Source: an uncultured Desulfobacter sp. (GTDB lineage: Bacteria; Desulfobacterota; Desulfobacteria; Desulfobacterales; Desulfobacteraceae). Taken from it: a stretch of DNA of 64,000 bases. Under the pieces are notes generated by a model. That model was not told the origin of the DNA and ran no database searches. It saw only the letters and a list, made by a program, of their open reading frames with translations. Shown here one piece after another: positions 49,471 through 59,642 of this stretch. Made by a program: the position numbers and the translations under genes. The stretch covers positions 4,416,001 through 4,480,000 of the forward strand of contig OY762069.1 in the NCBI GenBank assembly GCA_963665095.1, in the 5' to 3' direction. Each line of letters starts with the position of its first letter. Position 1 is the first letter of the stretch.

Positions 49471-51678
49471 TCAGGCGTTGCCAAATGCATTGTCCGGCAT
49501 GGTCAGTTTAACCGTCGTCCCTGAATGCGAATCTGATAATACAGTAAGGGAAGCACCTATCATTTTAGCCCGGTAATTCATGATCATCAACCCCATACCC
49601 TTGGATTTGAGCCGGGTATCAAATCCTACCCCGTTGTCCTGTATGCTAAGCTCCACCTGATTATCCTCACAGACCATGCGTATGCCTACCTGGTCGGCAT
49701 TTCCATGGCGTACAGCATTCCGTACCGCTTCTCCGGCAATATGGTACAGGTTCAACGTTGTCATATGGTCAAGCACTTCAAGGCCGATGTCCATTTCAAG
49801 ACTGCAGTTTACACCATGAATCATGCGGGTATTTGCCACCAGATCTTCAAGGGCTGTGACAATACCATGATCAAAATAAACCGGGCAAAGTCCCCGGGCA
49901 AGCCTCCGTGTTTTTGAAATCCCCTCCTTGATCAGATCAGAAATCCGGTCACACAGCCCTCCTGCTCCAGGAAAACTGGTATCTGTTTTCTGCTTCATCA
50001 CCTTGACCAACCCCTCAATGCCAATCAGGTGGGGACAAAGATCATCATGAAGATCATTGCCTATGGCCTGACGCTCTTTTTCCCCCGTCTCCATAACCGC
50101 TTTTTCCAGACGCTTAAACTCAGAGACATCCCTTAAAATAACGACCATCCCCATAGCTTTACCGTTTTTATCAAGGTAAACCGACCCCCGGACAGTAACA
50201 TCCACAAGTCTGCCGTCACGGGCTTTGCGTTTAGTTTCTATTCTTGGAATTACTTTTCCTTCAAGGATTAATGTAATGGCATCCATGGTCTCAGCCCAGT
50301 GGGCCTTAGGAACAAAATAATCCATTTTCTTACCAAGACACTCCTCAATGGCATATCCGAAAACTTCTGTAAAAGCAGGGTTCATATAGGTGACAAGGCC
50401 ATTCATGTCATATACCACAATAGGATCAGGCACCGATTCCATCAGGGACCGGTACTTCTCCTCGCTTTCCCCCAAAGCTGTCTGGGCCTGTCGGCGTTCA
50501 CGGATTTCGGCCAGTAAATTTTTATCATAATCTGCCAGGCGATCCATGAACGAGTTGTAATAAAAGGTGAGCTGCCCCACTTCATCACTGGAGATGGGTG
50601 TGACCTCTTTATTTTTAAACCCTCCTGCAATGTCTTCCTTAAATCTGTCCATCAATCGATGGAGCGGACGGGTGATTGTGTCACTTAGCAACGCTGTTAC
50701 AGGAATAAAAATGGCAAGTGCCGCCATGGCCACAACAATAATAATCTGCTTGATGGCAAACAAGGGAAACTGGATTTCATCAAGGTAGGATGAAGAGGCA
50801 ACAATCCATTGAAAATCTTTAATATAATTGAAAAATATCAACTTTTCTCGGAATCGTTCCTCACCAGGATTTTTCCATAAATATCGAAGTTTTCCGTTTT
50901 TCTTTTCCAGCATCTGCCTGAAAAAAAGATCTGAAAACCGATCATCGTTAAAAACATTAATACCGGCAAGTTCCGGATGTATTACAATATTCCCCTTAAT
51001 ATCTATCACATAAGAATACCCGGTTTTCCCGAATTTAAAATTAAGAACCCCTTGTTTAAAGTCATCAACATCCACAAGCTTTAAAAACTCTTTGCGATAG
51101 GAAGAGACAGTAATCATCCAGTTCCATGGTTTAAAATAGGTCAGATAAAGCGCCTTTGGACGAGGACGGGGATCCCCTGGATTCTGCCATTCATACTCGA
51201 TGTATCCGTTTTTAATGGCGATCATATCCTGAACAAACCCATGATCCGAAATATCCAGCCCCTCAAGTGCTTTTTGGGGATGCCGCACAACACGACCCTG
51301 ACCATCAAGAATACATACATAACCTGTTAAACCTATGCTCTGGCTTAAAATGACATCCATTCCCATGGTCTGAGCATCAGCCTCTGACAACTCTCCCTTT
51401 AAGAACCGTTTGTACAGATGCTCAATGATTTCGTAATTTTTTTCCGCAACGCCTCTTAACCGATTTTTTACAGCCACGGAAATAGCTGTCTTTAACATGC
51501 TGTGAATGGCTGCGGTGGAATTTTTAAGTTCACTTTCAATACTGGATTCCACGTTCTGTTTCACAATGTGATAAATGATGATGCTGGACAGGCTCATGAT
51601 CACAACAAAACAAAATGAATAGATGATCAGAAGCTTGTAACGGATTGGATAATTTTTTATCAGATCAAAAGGGGTCAT
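49471..51678 (-). CDS. Sensor kinase: double Cache + HAMP + PAS + HisKA_3/HATPase
   Basis: Two GY..I.D..G....HP Cache repeats (YEWQNPG, YLWKNPG), DEVGQL HAMP, PAS, GNDLHDDLCP, EAVRNAVRHG, DNGVGF. Confidence 0.9.
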   Translation of the reverse strand: MTPFDLIKNYPIRYKLLIIYSFCFVVIMSLSSIIIYHIVKQNVESSIESELKNSTAAIHSMLKTAISVAVKNRLRGVAEKNYEIIEHLYKRFLKGELSEADAQTMGMDVILSQSIGLTGYVCILDGQGRVVRHPQKALEGLDISDHGFVQDMIAIKNGYIEYEWQNPGDPRPRPKALYLTYFKPWNWMITVSSYRKEFLKLVDVDDFKQGVLNFKFGKTGYSYVIDIKGNIVIHPELAGINVFNDDRFSDLFFRQMLEKKNGKLRYLWKNPGEERFREKLIFFNYIKDFQWIVASSSYLDEIQFPLFAIKQIIIVVAMAALAIFIPVTALLSDTITRPLHRLMDRFKEDIAGGFKNKEVTPISSDEVGQLTFYYNSFMDRLADYDKNLLAEIRERRQAQTALGESEEKYRSLMESVPDPIVVYDMNGLVTYMNPAFTEVFGYAIEECLGKKMDYFVPKAHWAETMDAITLILEGKVIPRIETKRKARDGRLVDVTVRGSVYLDKNGKAMGMVVILRDVSEFKRLEKAVMETGEKERQAIGNDLHDDLCPHLIGIEGLVKVMKQKTDTSFPGAGGLCDRISDLIKEGISKTRRLARGLCPVYFDHGIVTALEDLVANTRMIHGVNCSLEMDIGLEVLDHMTTLNLYHIAGEAVRNAVRHGNADQVGIRMVCEDNQVELSIQDNGVGFDTRLKSKGMGLMIMNYRAKMIGASLTVLSDSHSGTTVKLTMPDNAFGNA

Positions 51679-52040
51679 AGTCGGGCATCCTTTTCTTTTT
51701 GGTGTGACGATCTTGGTTTTACCCGGCCGGAAACATGCCAGGAAAAATCAATGACAAAAAAATAAAAGTGCCTTGCAATTGTCCGTTTTTTTTCAGTATA
51801 AAACCGGTTGTGGCAACATTCCTGCCACTGCAGTTCTAATCCTGCTAAAAAGTATTGTCAATGTGTGACTTCTGTCGATAAAACAATCTAATTTTATACC
51901 AGAGCGTTTTTACCGTTCAAAGATATCATTTATAGTCTCGCAACAATTCAACCTATCTGATATGTATACCGAATTAAATGTTTGGACAAAAAGCAATCCA
52001 CCTGCGGCGTTGCTAAAAAAATCGTTAAAAAGGAATTAAG

Positions 52041-53024
52041 ATGCCAAAAGAGATCGCCCATTTTGCCCTGGCCGAAGAGGTGGGTCTTAACCTGCCACAA
52101 GATTCCCTGTTTTTTGACCCGATTCAAAAATTTCCTTTTGTATTCCTGTTGGGTGCGGTGACGCCTGATACTCCTTTTTGTTATCTGGCAGGGCCGAAAA
52201 AAAAACGCATACAGGCATTGAGCCGCCCTTTTCATCAGGCCGGCCCAGAAGCGCTTATGCCGGTGCTCGAATTTCTTGACTCAGACAGAAGGCCTGAAGC
52301 GCTGGCACTGGCAGCCGGTGCGACCTGTCACATTATGTCAGATACTGCGTTTCACCCACTGGTTTATTATTATGCCGGTATGGATAATATTCATAATGGG
52401 GCCACAGCCCGGCATAGATATTTTGAAACAGCTATGGATATTCATTTCAGGCATTTATTTCATGGAAAAACCAACTTATTTAAAATTTTTAGGCGTACGG
52501 AAATATCAGGAACAAAGCTTAATGGACTTCTTAAGGACCTGTTTGGAGTAAAGAGACTGAACAAAACGATTTTAACCTATACCCTTGGGTGGCATGTCCT
52601 GTTGCAATATCTGTTTAGTGCACAGATTCCCCGCCTGATAGCATCCCAACGGGCGAACACTCCCAGTCCGTTGCCTCCTCCTGTGGCCGGATTAGTTTAT
52701 CCGTTTAACAAGCCCTGCAACCTGTCGTTTTTTTCTAATATTTTGCATTACAAACACCCTTGTACACAAGCGATGGTCTCCACAACACTTTCATTCCTGA
52801 TCCGACAGACAGTCACCTCTACATTGGCGGTTCTGAAAGCCATTGAGCAGGCAATGATTCAAAATCACGGAGACCGGCAAAATCAGAAAACGGAAACCCT
52901 GGTATTTAAAGATCCAGAATTACCAGACATCAGTCCGGATCTTCCGGCAGAAAGTTTTACTACCTGGCACCAGCAGCATGATATCAGGCCGCTTTTATAT
53001 CAGGGCCTGCCCATACTATTTTAA
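52041..53024 (+). CDS. Zinc-dependent phospholipase C family protein
   Basis: MPKEIAHF, LGAVTPD, CHIMSDTAFHPLVY, HRYFETAMD. Confidence 0.75.
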   Translation: MPKEIAHFALAEEVGLNLPQDSLFFDPIQKFPFVFLLGAVTPDTPFCYLAGPKKKRIQALSRPFHQAGPEALMPVLEFLDSDRRPEALALAAGATCHIMSDTAFHPLVYYYAGMDNIHNGATARHRYFETAMDIHFRHLFHGKTNLFKIFRRTEISGTKLNGLLKDLFGVKRLNKTILTYTLGWHVLLQYLFSAQIPRLIASQRANTPSPLPPPVAGLVYPFNKPCNLSFFSNILHYKHPCTQAMVSTTLSFLIRQTVTSTLAVLKAIEQAMIQNHGDRQNQKTETLVFKDPELPDISPDLPAESFTTWHQQHDIRPLLYQGLPILF

Positions 53025-53042
53025 CCATGGAGGCTTCAACTT

Positions 53043-54329
53043 ATGAGCGGTACCCGGTCGGACAAAAAGCAGATTTTCGGATGGGTCATGTACGATTTTG
53101 CCAATTCAGCCTACACCACCCTGATCGTGACATTTATTTACGCCACTTACTTTGTGGCGGCCATTGCCCCGGATAAAATTTACGGCACCGCCCTGTGGTC
53201 CCGAGGTGTGACGCTGACAGCTCTTTTAACGGCGTTTCTATCCCCGATCCTAGGCGCGCTTGCCGACCAGGGCCAGTTACGTAAAACCTTTCTTTTCATC
53301 ACCACGATCGTCGGGGCTGCCGGTTCGGCCATGCTGTGGTTTGTAAACCCCGGAGAAATCTTTGCCGCCCTGACCTGGTTTGTTCTCTCCAATCTTGCCT
53401 TTGAACTGGGAATGGTCTTTTACAACGCATTTTTGCCGGATATCTCCAACGAAAAAAACATTGGGCGCATCTCAGGAATCGGGTGGGGTGTGGGCTATAT
53501 CGGCGGACTGATTGCCATGTTTGTTGCCATGGCCGGTTTTATCAACCCGGAGGTTCCCTGGTTTGGTCTTTCCAAGGAAACCGGGGCAAATATCCGGGCC
53601 ACCTGCCTTTTAGTGGCGCTTTGGTACAGTCTTTTTTCCATCCCGTTATTTCTGTTTGTGAAATCCAGGTCCAAAGATAGAACCAAATCCCCAGATAAGA
53701 TCACCATTGTACGAGACGCGTTTGCAGATCTTGGCACAACGTTTAAAGACATTCAGTCTTACCGAGAAATCGTCAAGCTGCTTGTGGCCAGAATGATTTA
53801 TAATGACGGGCTTGTCACAATTTTCGCCTTTGGCGGCATCTATGCGGCAGGCACTTTTGGGTTTACGTTTAAAGAGATCATGATATTCGGCATTGTTCTT
53901 AATGTAGCAGCCGGCACAGGGGCGCTGATCATGGGAATTTTTGACGACAAGCTGGGAGGAAAAACCACCATCCAGATATCCAATATCATTCTGGCCCTGG
54001 CCGCACTTCTGGCAGTGCTGGCCCCTGATAAGACCCTGTTCTGGGTGGCCGGCGTGCTGGTGGGCTTTTTTGCAGGGCCCAATCAAAGCGCCAGCCGATC
54101 ACTTTTAGGGCGTTTCGTGCCAAAGGAAAAAGAAAATCAGTTCTTTGGTTTTTTTGCCTTTTCAGGAAAGTTGACCGCCTTTTTTGGGCCGCTGTTTCTA
54201 GGCATTTTAACCTCGGCTTTTGACTCCCAGAGAGCTGGGGTAAGCGTGGTGGTGGTCTTTTTTATTGTCGGCGGAATTATTTTATCCAGTGTAGATGAAC
54301 AAAAAGGAAAATCTGCCGCAGGAAAGTAA
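53043..54329 (+). CDS. MFS transporter (UMF1/ATG22-like)
   Basis: GWVMYDFANSAY, SPILGALAD, FYNAFLP, GRISGIGWGVGY, YNDG, QSASRS. Confidence 0.88.
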   Translation: MSGTRSDKKQIFGWVMYDFANSAYTTLIVTFIYATYFVAAIAPDKIYGTALWSRGVTLTALLTAFLSPILGALADQGQLRKTFLFITTIVGAAGSAMLWFVNPGEIFAALTWFVLSNLAFELGMVFYNAFLPDISNEKNIGRISGIGWGVGYIGGLIAMFVAMAGFINPEVPWFGLSKETGANIRATCLLVALWYSLFSIPLFLFVKSRSKDRTKSPDKITIVRDAFADLGTTFKDIQSYREIVKLLVARMIYNDGLVTIFAFGGIYAAGTFGFTFKEIMIFGIVLNVAAGTGALIMGIFDDKLGGKTTIQISNIILALAALLAVLAPDKTLFWVAGVLVGFFAGPNQSASRSLLGRFVPKEKENQFFGFFAFSGKLTAFFGPLFLGILTSAFDSQRAGVSVVVVFFIVGGIILSSVDEQKGKSAAGK

Positions 54330-54700
54330 GGCCCGCAGTTAAAAAGATCTTTCGGATTCAGGTCCATGAACTCGTCTGTGGAGATGGTGATGTCGGCCTT
54401 CCCTTTATGGGTTAGGGTTTTATTCAGGCGCAGCCCAGCCGCCGGCGGCCGGAACCTGCCTTCATGGACACCAGCGGCCTTGGCAGGCGGATAGGGATCG
54501 CCTATATCTCCACGACATAGGTTCTATTTTTTCAACCGGCAGAAAAAACGGCTTGGCACCCAGAACCTTGAGCAGGGGAAGAGAATCAATAAACAGGCAG
54601 CCCTGTTCCTGCATCTTTTACCGGCAGTTTTTGACGGAGCCGTTTATCAGTAACCGGATCTGCCTGGTTGAGTTATCAGTTGTTTTACATTAAAAAGGTA

Positions 54701-56092
54701 TCAGGTCTCAATAACCCTCATAGTCTTCCACTTGCCGCCCCTGAAACGAACCAGAAAGGCCATGCTCATCAGCATAATATAACCCGTCACAACACCCCAT
54801 GCGGTATAGAGCCCAAAATTGAAAACACCCAGCGTAACATAACTGGGCAGGGCCAGGGCAAATATGGAGAGCCCTACCACCATAAACATGGAAAACTGTG
54901 TATCCCCTGCCCCCCTGATACCCGACGAAAATATCACGTATACGGTATCAAACAGAGAGAAGACCGCCACAAACCGTAGTAGAACCCCGGCAATTCCCAC
55001 AACCGGCACCATGCTGACCGCATCGGCATTTACCAGAAACGGCCAGAAAAGGATATTAGGGATGGAAATCAAGGCAGTTACCATAAACAACATATAGATA
55101 AACGTAATACTGAATCCCGAATAAACACATTGCTCCGCCAAATCGGGTCTGTTTTTCCCGACTTTCTGACCGACCAGCACGGAAACCGCCATGCCGAATC
55201 CAAGCATGGGCAGGAAACCAAGGGACTCAATGTTAAATGCCAGATTTGTTGCCGCCAGCTCCAGGGTCCCTAATCTGCCAACCAGTAATGTAAACGCGGC
55301 AAAACACATATGCTCCACCAGGAACGGAATTCCGTTCGGCAGGCCGAAGCGGAGAAGCCGGGAAAACAATTCCTTGTCAGGCCGCCATCCGGACAAGGTG
55401 TGAAACGTTCTGTTGTTTTCTTTGCGGCAGATAATCACCAGGTACACACACAGCGAAAACAGACCGGAGATCACTGTTGCCAGGCCTGCACCGGCAATTC
55501 CCATTTCAGGAAATCCTAGATGGCCGAAGATCATAATATAATTGAAGATCATATTCACGCATGTGGCGGACAGATTCACCCAGACAATGGGCCAGGCTTT
55601 ACCCCGCCCGGAATAAAATGAGGAAAACGCCATACTGCCCACCGCCGGCCCCACACCAAGACAGAGCATGCGGAAATAGGCAGCCTCAAGATCCGCCACA
55701 ACAGGCTCATGCCCTATCAGGTTAAAGAATGGGCCTGCCAGGGGAATGAGTATCAGATGCGTGACTGCGGCAATTACCGCGATATAAGCGCCCTGCCACA
55801 AAACCGGTCCTATGCGGTGATACCGCCCTGCACCGAAATATTGGGCCACAAATGTACTGGTATAACCGGCTGTTCCGAAAAAAAAGCCCATGATCGTAAA
55901 ATTTAAAACACCTGCCGGCATGGCCGCAGCAAGGGCCTTGGCCGAGTACCAGGTCAGAAACATGCGGTCAAAAAAATGCTGTAGCGCCCAGGCACCGGTA
56001 CTTAAGACCAGGGGAAATGCTATAATAAGAAGCTCCCTGTATCCCCCTTCAATATGCCACCGCTGTTTTATCTGCTGCAAAAAAGAGATCAT
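54701..56092 (-). CDS. MATE family efflux transporter
   Basis: DRMFL, VAQYFGA, FGHLGFPEMGIAGAGLAT, SVLVGQKVG, GIRGAGDT, RFRGGKWK. Confidence 0.92.
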   Translation of the reverse strand: MISFLQQIKQRWHIEGGYRELLIIAFPLVLSTGAWALQHFFDRMFLTWYSAKALAAAMPAGVLNFTIMGFFFGTAGYTSTFVAQYFGAGRYHRIGPVLWQGAYIAVIAAVTHLILIPLAGPFFNLIGHEPVVADLEAAYFRMLCLGVGPAVGSMAFSSFYSGRGKAWPIVWVNLSATCVNMIFNYIMIFGHLGFPEMGIAGAGLATVISGLFSLCVYLVIICRKENNRTFHTLSGWRPDKELFSRLLRFGLPNGIPFLVEHMCFAAFTLLVGRLGTLELAATNLAFNIESLGFLPMLGFGMAVSVLVGQKVGKNRPDLAEQCVYSGFSITFIYMLFMVTALISIPNILFWPFLVNADAVSMVPVVGIAGVLLRFVAVFSLFDTVYVIFSSGIRGAGDTQFSMFMVVGLSIFALALPSYVTLGVFNFGLYTAWGVVTGYIMLMSMAFLVRFRGGKWKTMRVIET

Positions 56093-56113
56093 CTGTAACT
56101 TTTCCTTTGCCCG

Positions 56114-56154
56114 AAAAAAAATGGCCCTGCTGATTTAAGCAGGGCCGTTTTTTT
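56114..56154 (-). terminator. Intrinsic terminator immediately upstream of the MATE RBS (attenuator)
   Basis: Minus strand reads AAAAAAACGGCCCTGC-ttaaatca-GCAGGGCCA-TTTTTTTT; ends about 21 nt before the MATE ATG. Confidence 0.8.
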
Positions 56155-56178
56155 CAATGAATTATATTAAAAGCTATC

Positions 56179-56253
56179 TTACAAATATCCCCACTTTCGG
56201 GTCTTCATTCCTGCTTTGACAGGAAAAAATGATATTTGTAATTGATGATGCAT
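56179..56253 (-). CDS. Putative 24-aa leader peptide MHHQLQISFFPVKAGMKTRKWGYL
   Basis: AAAGGA 7 nt before the ATG; ORF ends 24 nt before the terminator; below the ORF-track length cutoff. Confidence 0.55.
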   Translation of the reverse strand: MHHQLQISFFPVKAGMKTRKWGYL

Positions 56254-56415
56254 TAAATTATCCTTTATTTAGTATAGATTCAGATCTATCCATAAATGCG
56301 ATTTATTGTAAAGTCAACAAAAAACAAAGCCAAACGAGTCATTCAATCAACACTCATGACGCCCCCCTTCAGTAATTTCCTGAAGGCAGTACCCCCTTTC
56401 CTCCCGTTGATAGAT

Positions 56416-57435
56416 TTATTTTTGATTGGCTTGATTTTTCAAATAGAATTTTTCAGCCAGACTTCCAGTCATTTCAGCCACCTTGTTGCTTATATCCCAG
56501 AGATCCTCTTTGCACATTTTGCTTTCAGCACTTACAATGATGCCTGTCTTGACTTCAATAATTCTTGAATCGACTCTCAGTTCATGCTGAAGCTTCATGA
56601 CCGATCCGGCAATTATTGCATCAGCGCCTAAAAGTTTTCCTAATTGCTGGGCCTCACTTGTGTCTATAATTCCACTCTGCCCGATGGCGATTTCATCAAC
56701 CACTTTCTTCAGCTGCTCTCGTTCAATAATTTTAAATGCTTCACCGTTGACTATTTCCGTTGTAAACAGCTCCGATATCATCTTGCCTAAAAAATGTTTA
56801 TCCTCATTAATGCCGATACACTGAAATTCTACCACGGCTATTTTGAATTGATTTTCATTGGCCCTTATATTGTATTTCGGCTTATGCCCTGGAGCATCCT
56901 GCAAGAAATTATTGCCCCCCAAACGCATACCGCGGGCTGATAGTTCCTGTTCTAACAACCCTAACTGCGAACGGCTATCAGCAACCAGAAATTTTTTCTC
57001 ACTAATAAGATGATCACCTAAATATGCTTTGACTATCCATAAACCGCTTTCTCTATTTTCCTTCCGTAAACTCAACCTCCCCCACATTTTCCAGTGGGAG
57101 TCTTTTGGCGTTCATTTTATACATGATGATTTAATTAGCGTTAATTTCGGCCCGAACCACTCCCACTTAGGTGTGTAACTTGTATTTGGAACCGAATCAA
57201 AACACTCAGTAAAAAGGAAAACCGCCTCATCTTCACTTTTGACAAATTTGTTCGTAACATCTATGGGCTTATAAGACCCTGTCTTGGTAATATAGCCTTT
57301 GCAAAGAACAGATGTAAATTGATTGGGCTTCCGGATTTCAGACTGTGCTGAACGTTTAAGGTTTTTGTTGACTGTGCATGAGGCGAACACGAATAACAAA
57401 ATCGCAATTAAAGTGATATAATATCGTCGATACAT
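56416..57435 (-). CDS. Lipoprotein with an N-terminal beta-rich domain and a C-terminal CsgG/FlgO-like domain, interrupted by one in-frame TGA (57112-57114): nonsense pseudogene or Sec readthrough
   Basis: GGGAGG RBS and lipobox FASC. ORFs 57112..57561 and 56416..57087 are in the same frame (...SSCIK*TPKDSHWKMWGR...). CsgG-like FKIIEREQLKKVVDE...GKLLGADAIIAGS...IIEVKTG. Confidence 0.75.
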
Positions 57436-57610
57436 ATTGCCTCCCGGGAAATTCATAGAAGCCAAAAAATCCTGAAACACTATGAATTTATGGGGTTGAT
57501 ATTTAATACCGGATACAAATTTGTTGATGCTTATTTGTATTAATATAATGTAACGGCTCAAATGGCAAGCGATTCCCCTTGATCAAACACCACAGAGACC
57601 AGTTCGTGAG

Positions 57611-59458
57611 TTATTGTTTCATCTTTGCCCAATACCCTATGGATGATGACAGGGCAACAACCAGAATAGACCCGGCATTGTGTGTCACAGCGCCCCAGAC
57701 CGGTGTCAGCCATCCCATGAACCCGGCAAAGACTGACACCAGGTTTATTAAAAAACTCAGCGCAATGTTGATTTGAATTACCCGGCTCATGGTCCGTCCA
57801 AGGGAGAAAAGATACCCAAGGCGGTCCAGCCGGTCATTCATCAGGACGATATCCGCGGTTTCAAGGGCGGCATCTGATCCGTTCAGCCCCATGGCAATCC
57901 CGATGTCTGCAGCTTTAAGCGCCGGAGCATCATTGATCCCGTCACCCACATAGACCAGCATTCCCCTATCATAAGCCTGGATCCGGTTAAGCTTGTCCGA
58001 CGGAGACTGGCGGGACCAGACCGTATCAATCCCGATCCGGCGGCAAAGATTTCTTGCCGGGGTATCCTGGTCTCCGGAGACCACGGCAATATCCTTGATT
58101 CCCCGTGCCTTCAGTGTCTTTACGACCAGCTCTGCTGCCGGCCGTTCCTGGTCCTCCATACAGATATACCCTGAAACGGTTTGATCCATCTTCACCTCAA
58201 CCGTAGTATATCCTTTTTCAGAGAACCTATCGGTTGTAGTGATTTCAACAAGCTTGCCGGCCACGGTCCCCTTCACACCCAGACCGGGGACACTGACTAC
58301 ATCAAAGGCATCCGGAACCTGCAGGGAGAGTTGCCCGGCCTTTCTTAGTATGGCCCGGGCAAGAGGATGGTTCATTTTTGCCTCCAGGGCAGCTGCGGTC
58401 TCAAGCAGGCTTGTTTCATCCATTCCCGAGCCTTCTGGAATGACGTGTTTCACCTCTGGAGCACCTCTGGTCAGGGTGCCGGTTTTATCAAAAAAGATCC
58501 CTGTGGCCCTGGCAAGATTTTCCAGATAGATCCCGCCTTTGACCAGGATTCCCTCCTTGGCAGCCTGCCCAATGGCTGCCACCGTGGCCACCGGACCCGC
58601 CAAAAGAAATGAGCAGGGGCATCCCACGATGAGCACGGTGATGGCCCGTTCAATATCCCGGGTCAGCACGAAAGCCAAAAATGCACTGAAAAGAATAACA
58701 GGGGTAAACCATCTGGCATACTGGTCAACAATTCTGGCAGACCGGACCTTTGACTGCTCGGCAGCCGATACCATTGAGATGATTTTGCCCATGGTGGAGT
58801 CCTGGCCAACCTTTTCCGCCCGCACCCGGATAAACCCGTCGGTGCTTACGGTACCGGCCCAGACCTCATCACCCTTTGCCTTTGACTTGGGCACAGGCTC
58901 TCCTGTCACCGCAGACTCATCCACGGCACAGCCACCCGCCATCACCACCCCGTCAACCGGGATCATGCTCCCTGGTTTTACAAGGACCACATCGCCCCTG
59001 GCCACGGCAGAAACATTTACTGTTTTTTCCCTGCCATTGTCTTCAATTACGGCCGTATTCGGTGACAGCTTGACCAAATCCTCTATGGCATGACGGGCAG
59101 AATCACTGACGGCCTCTTCCACCAGGGCACCAGCCACCATGATGGCAGAGACCACAGCCGCCTCCAGAAAATGACCGCTGGCAAGACAGGCAATAATCGC
59201 GATGGAAACCAGCTCATCCACATTCATTCGTCGCTTTGCAATGCCTTTAGCCGCTTCAATGATGATAGGCATTCCATTTACCAGCACAGATAAAAGAAAA
59301 AAAATTTCCGTCACACTTACTACCGGCAGCCCTTTTACCGGAATAAGCCCGGCCAGGAAACCTACGGGAATCAGGGCGGCTCCCACAGCGGTCTTTATAA
59401 AATCTTCTGATGAAAAAATCTCTTTATACACATTTAGATTTGCATGTCTTCTGATCAT
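57611..59458 (-). CDS. Heavy-metal P1B-type ATPase (CPC motif, no N-terminal metal-binding domain)
   Basis: DESAVTGEP, IVGCPCS, FDKTGTLT, NHPLA, VGDGINDAPAL. Confidence 0.93.
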   Translation of the reverse strand: MIRRHANLNVYKEIFSSEDFIKTAVGAALIPVGFLAGLIPVKGLPVVSVTEIFFLLSVLVNGMPIIIEAAKGIAKRRMNVDELVSIAIIACLASGHFLEAAVVSAIMVAGALVEEAVSDSARHAIEDLVKLSPNTAVIEDNGREKTVNVSAVARGDVVLVKPGSMIPVDGVVMAGGCAVDESAVTGEPVPKSKAKGDEVWAGTVSTDGFIRVRAEKVGQDSTMGKIISMVSAAEQSKVRSARIVDQYARWFTPVILFSAFLAFVLTRDIERAITVLIVGCPCSFLLAGPVATVAAIGQAAKEGILVKGGIYLENLARATGIFFDKTGTLTRGAPEVKHVIPEGSGMDETSLLETAAALEAKMNHPLARAILRKAGQLSLQVPDAFDVVSVPGLGVKGTVAGKLVEITTTDRFSEKGYTTVEVKMDQTVSGYICMEDQERPAAELVVKTLKARGIKDIAVVSGDQDTPARNLCRRIGIDTVWSRQSPSDKLNRIQAYDRGMLVYVGDGINDAPALKAADIGIAMGLNGSDAALETADIVLMNDRLDRLGYLFSLGRTMSRVIQINIALSFLINLVSVFAGFMGWLTPVWGAVTHNAGSILVVALSSSIGYWAKMKQ

Positions 59459-59642
59459 TTTCAGCCCCTATTGTTCGAGTGTCAAAAAATACATTCCTCA
59501 ATCTATACGACGATCTAAATATATGTATATTGGTTGAATGTCAAATAGTTTGAAACCCAAATCTTATGTCCATTGTCTGAAACAGGTGATCATGATAAAA
59601 AAACAACAATTATAAAGACAAATATCTAAATATAAAAAGGTC

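Noticed and set aside
56186..56210. Hammerhead ribozyme (TGAAGA...GAAA) in the MATE leader
   Set aside because: It lacks the C of CUGANGA and has no room for stem II.
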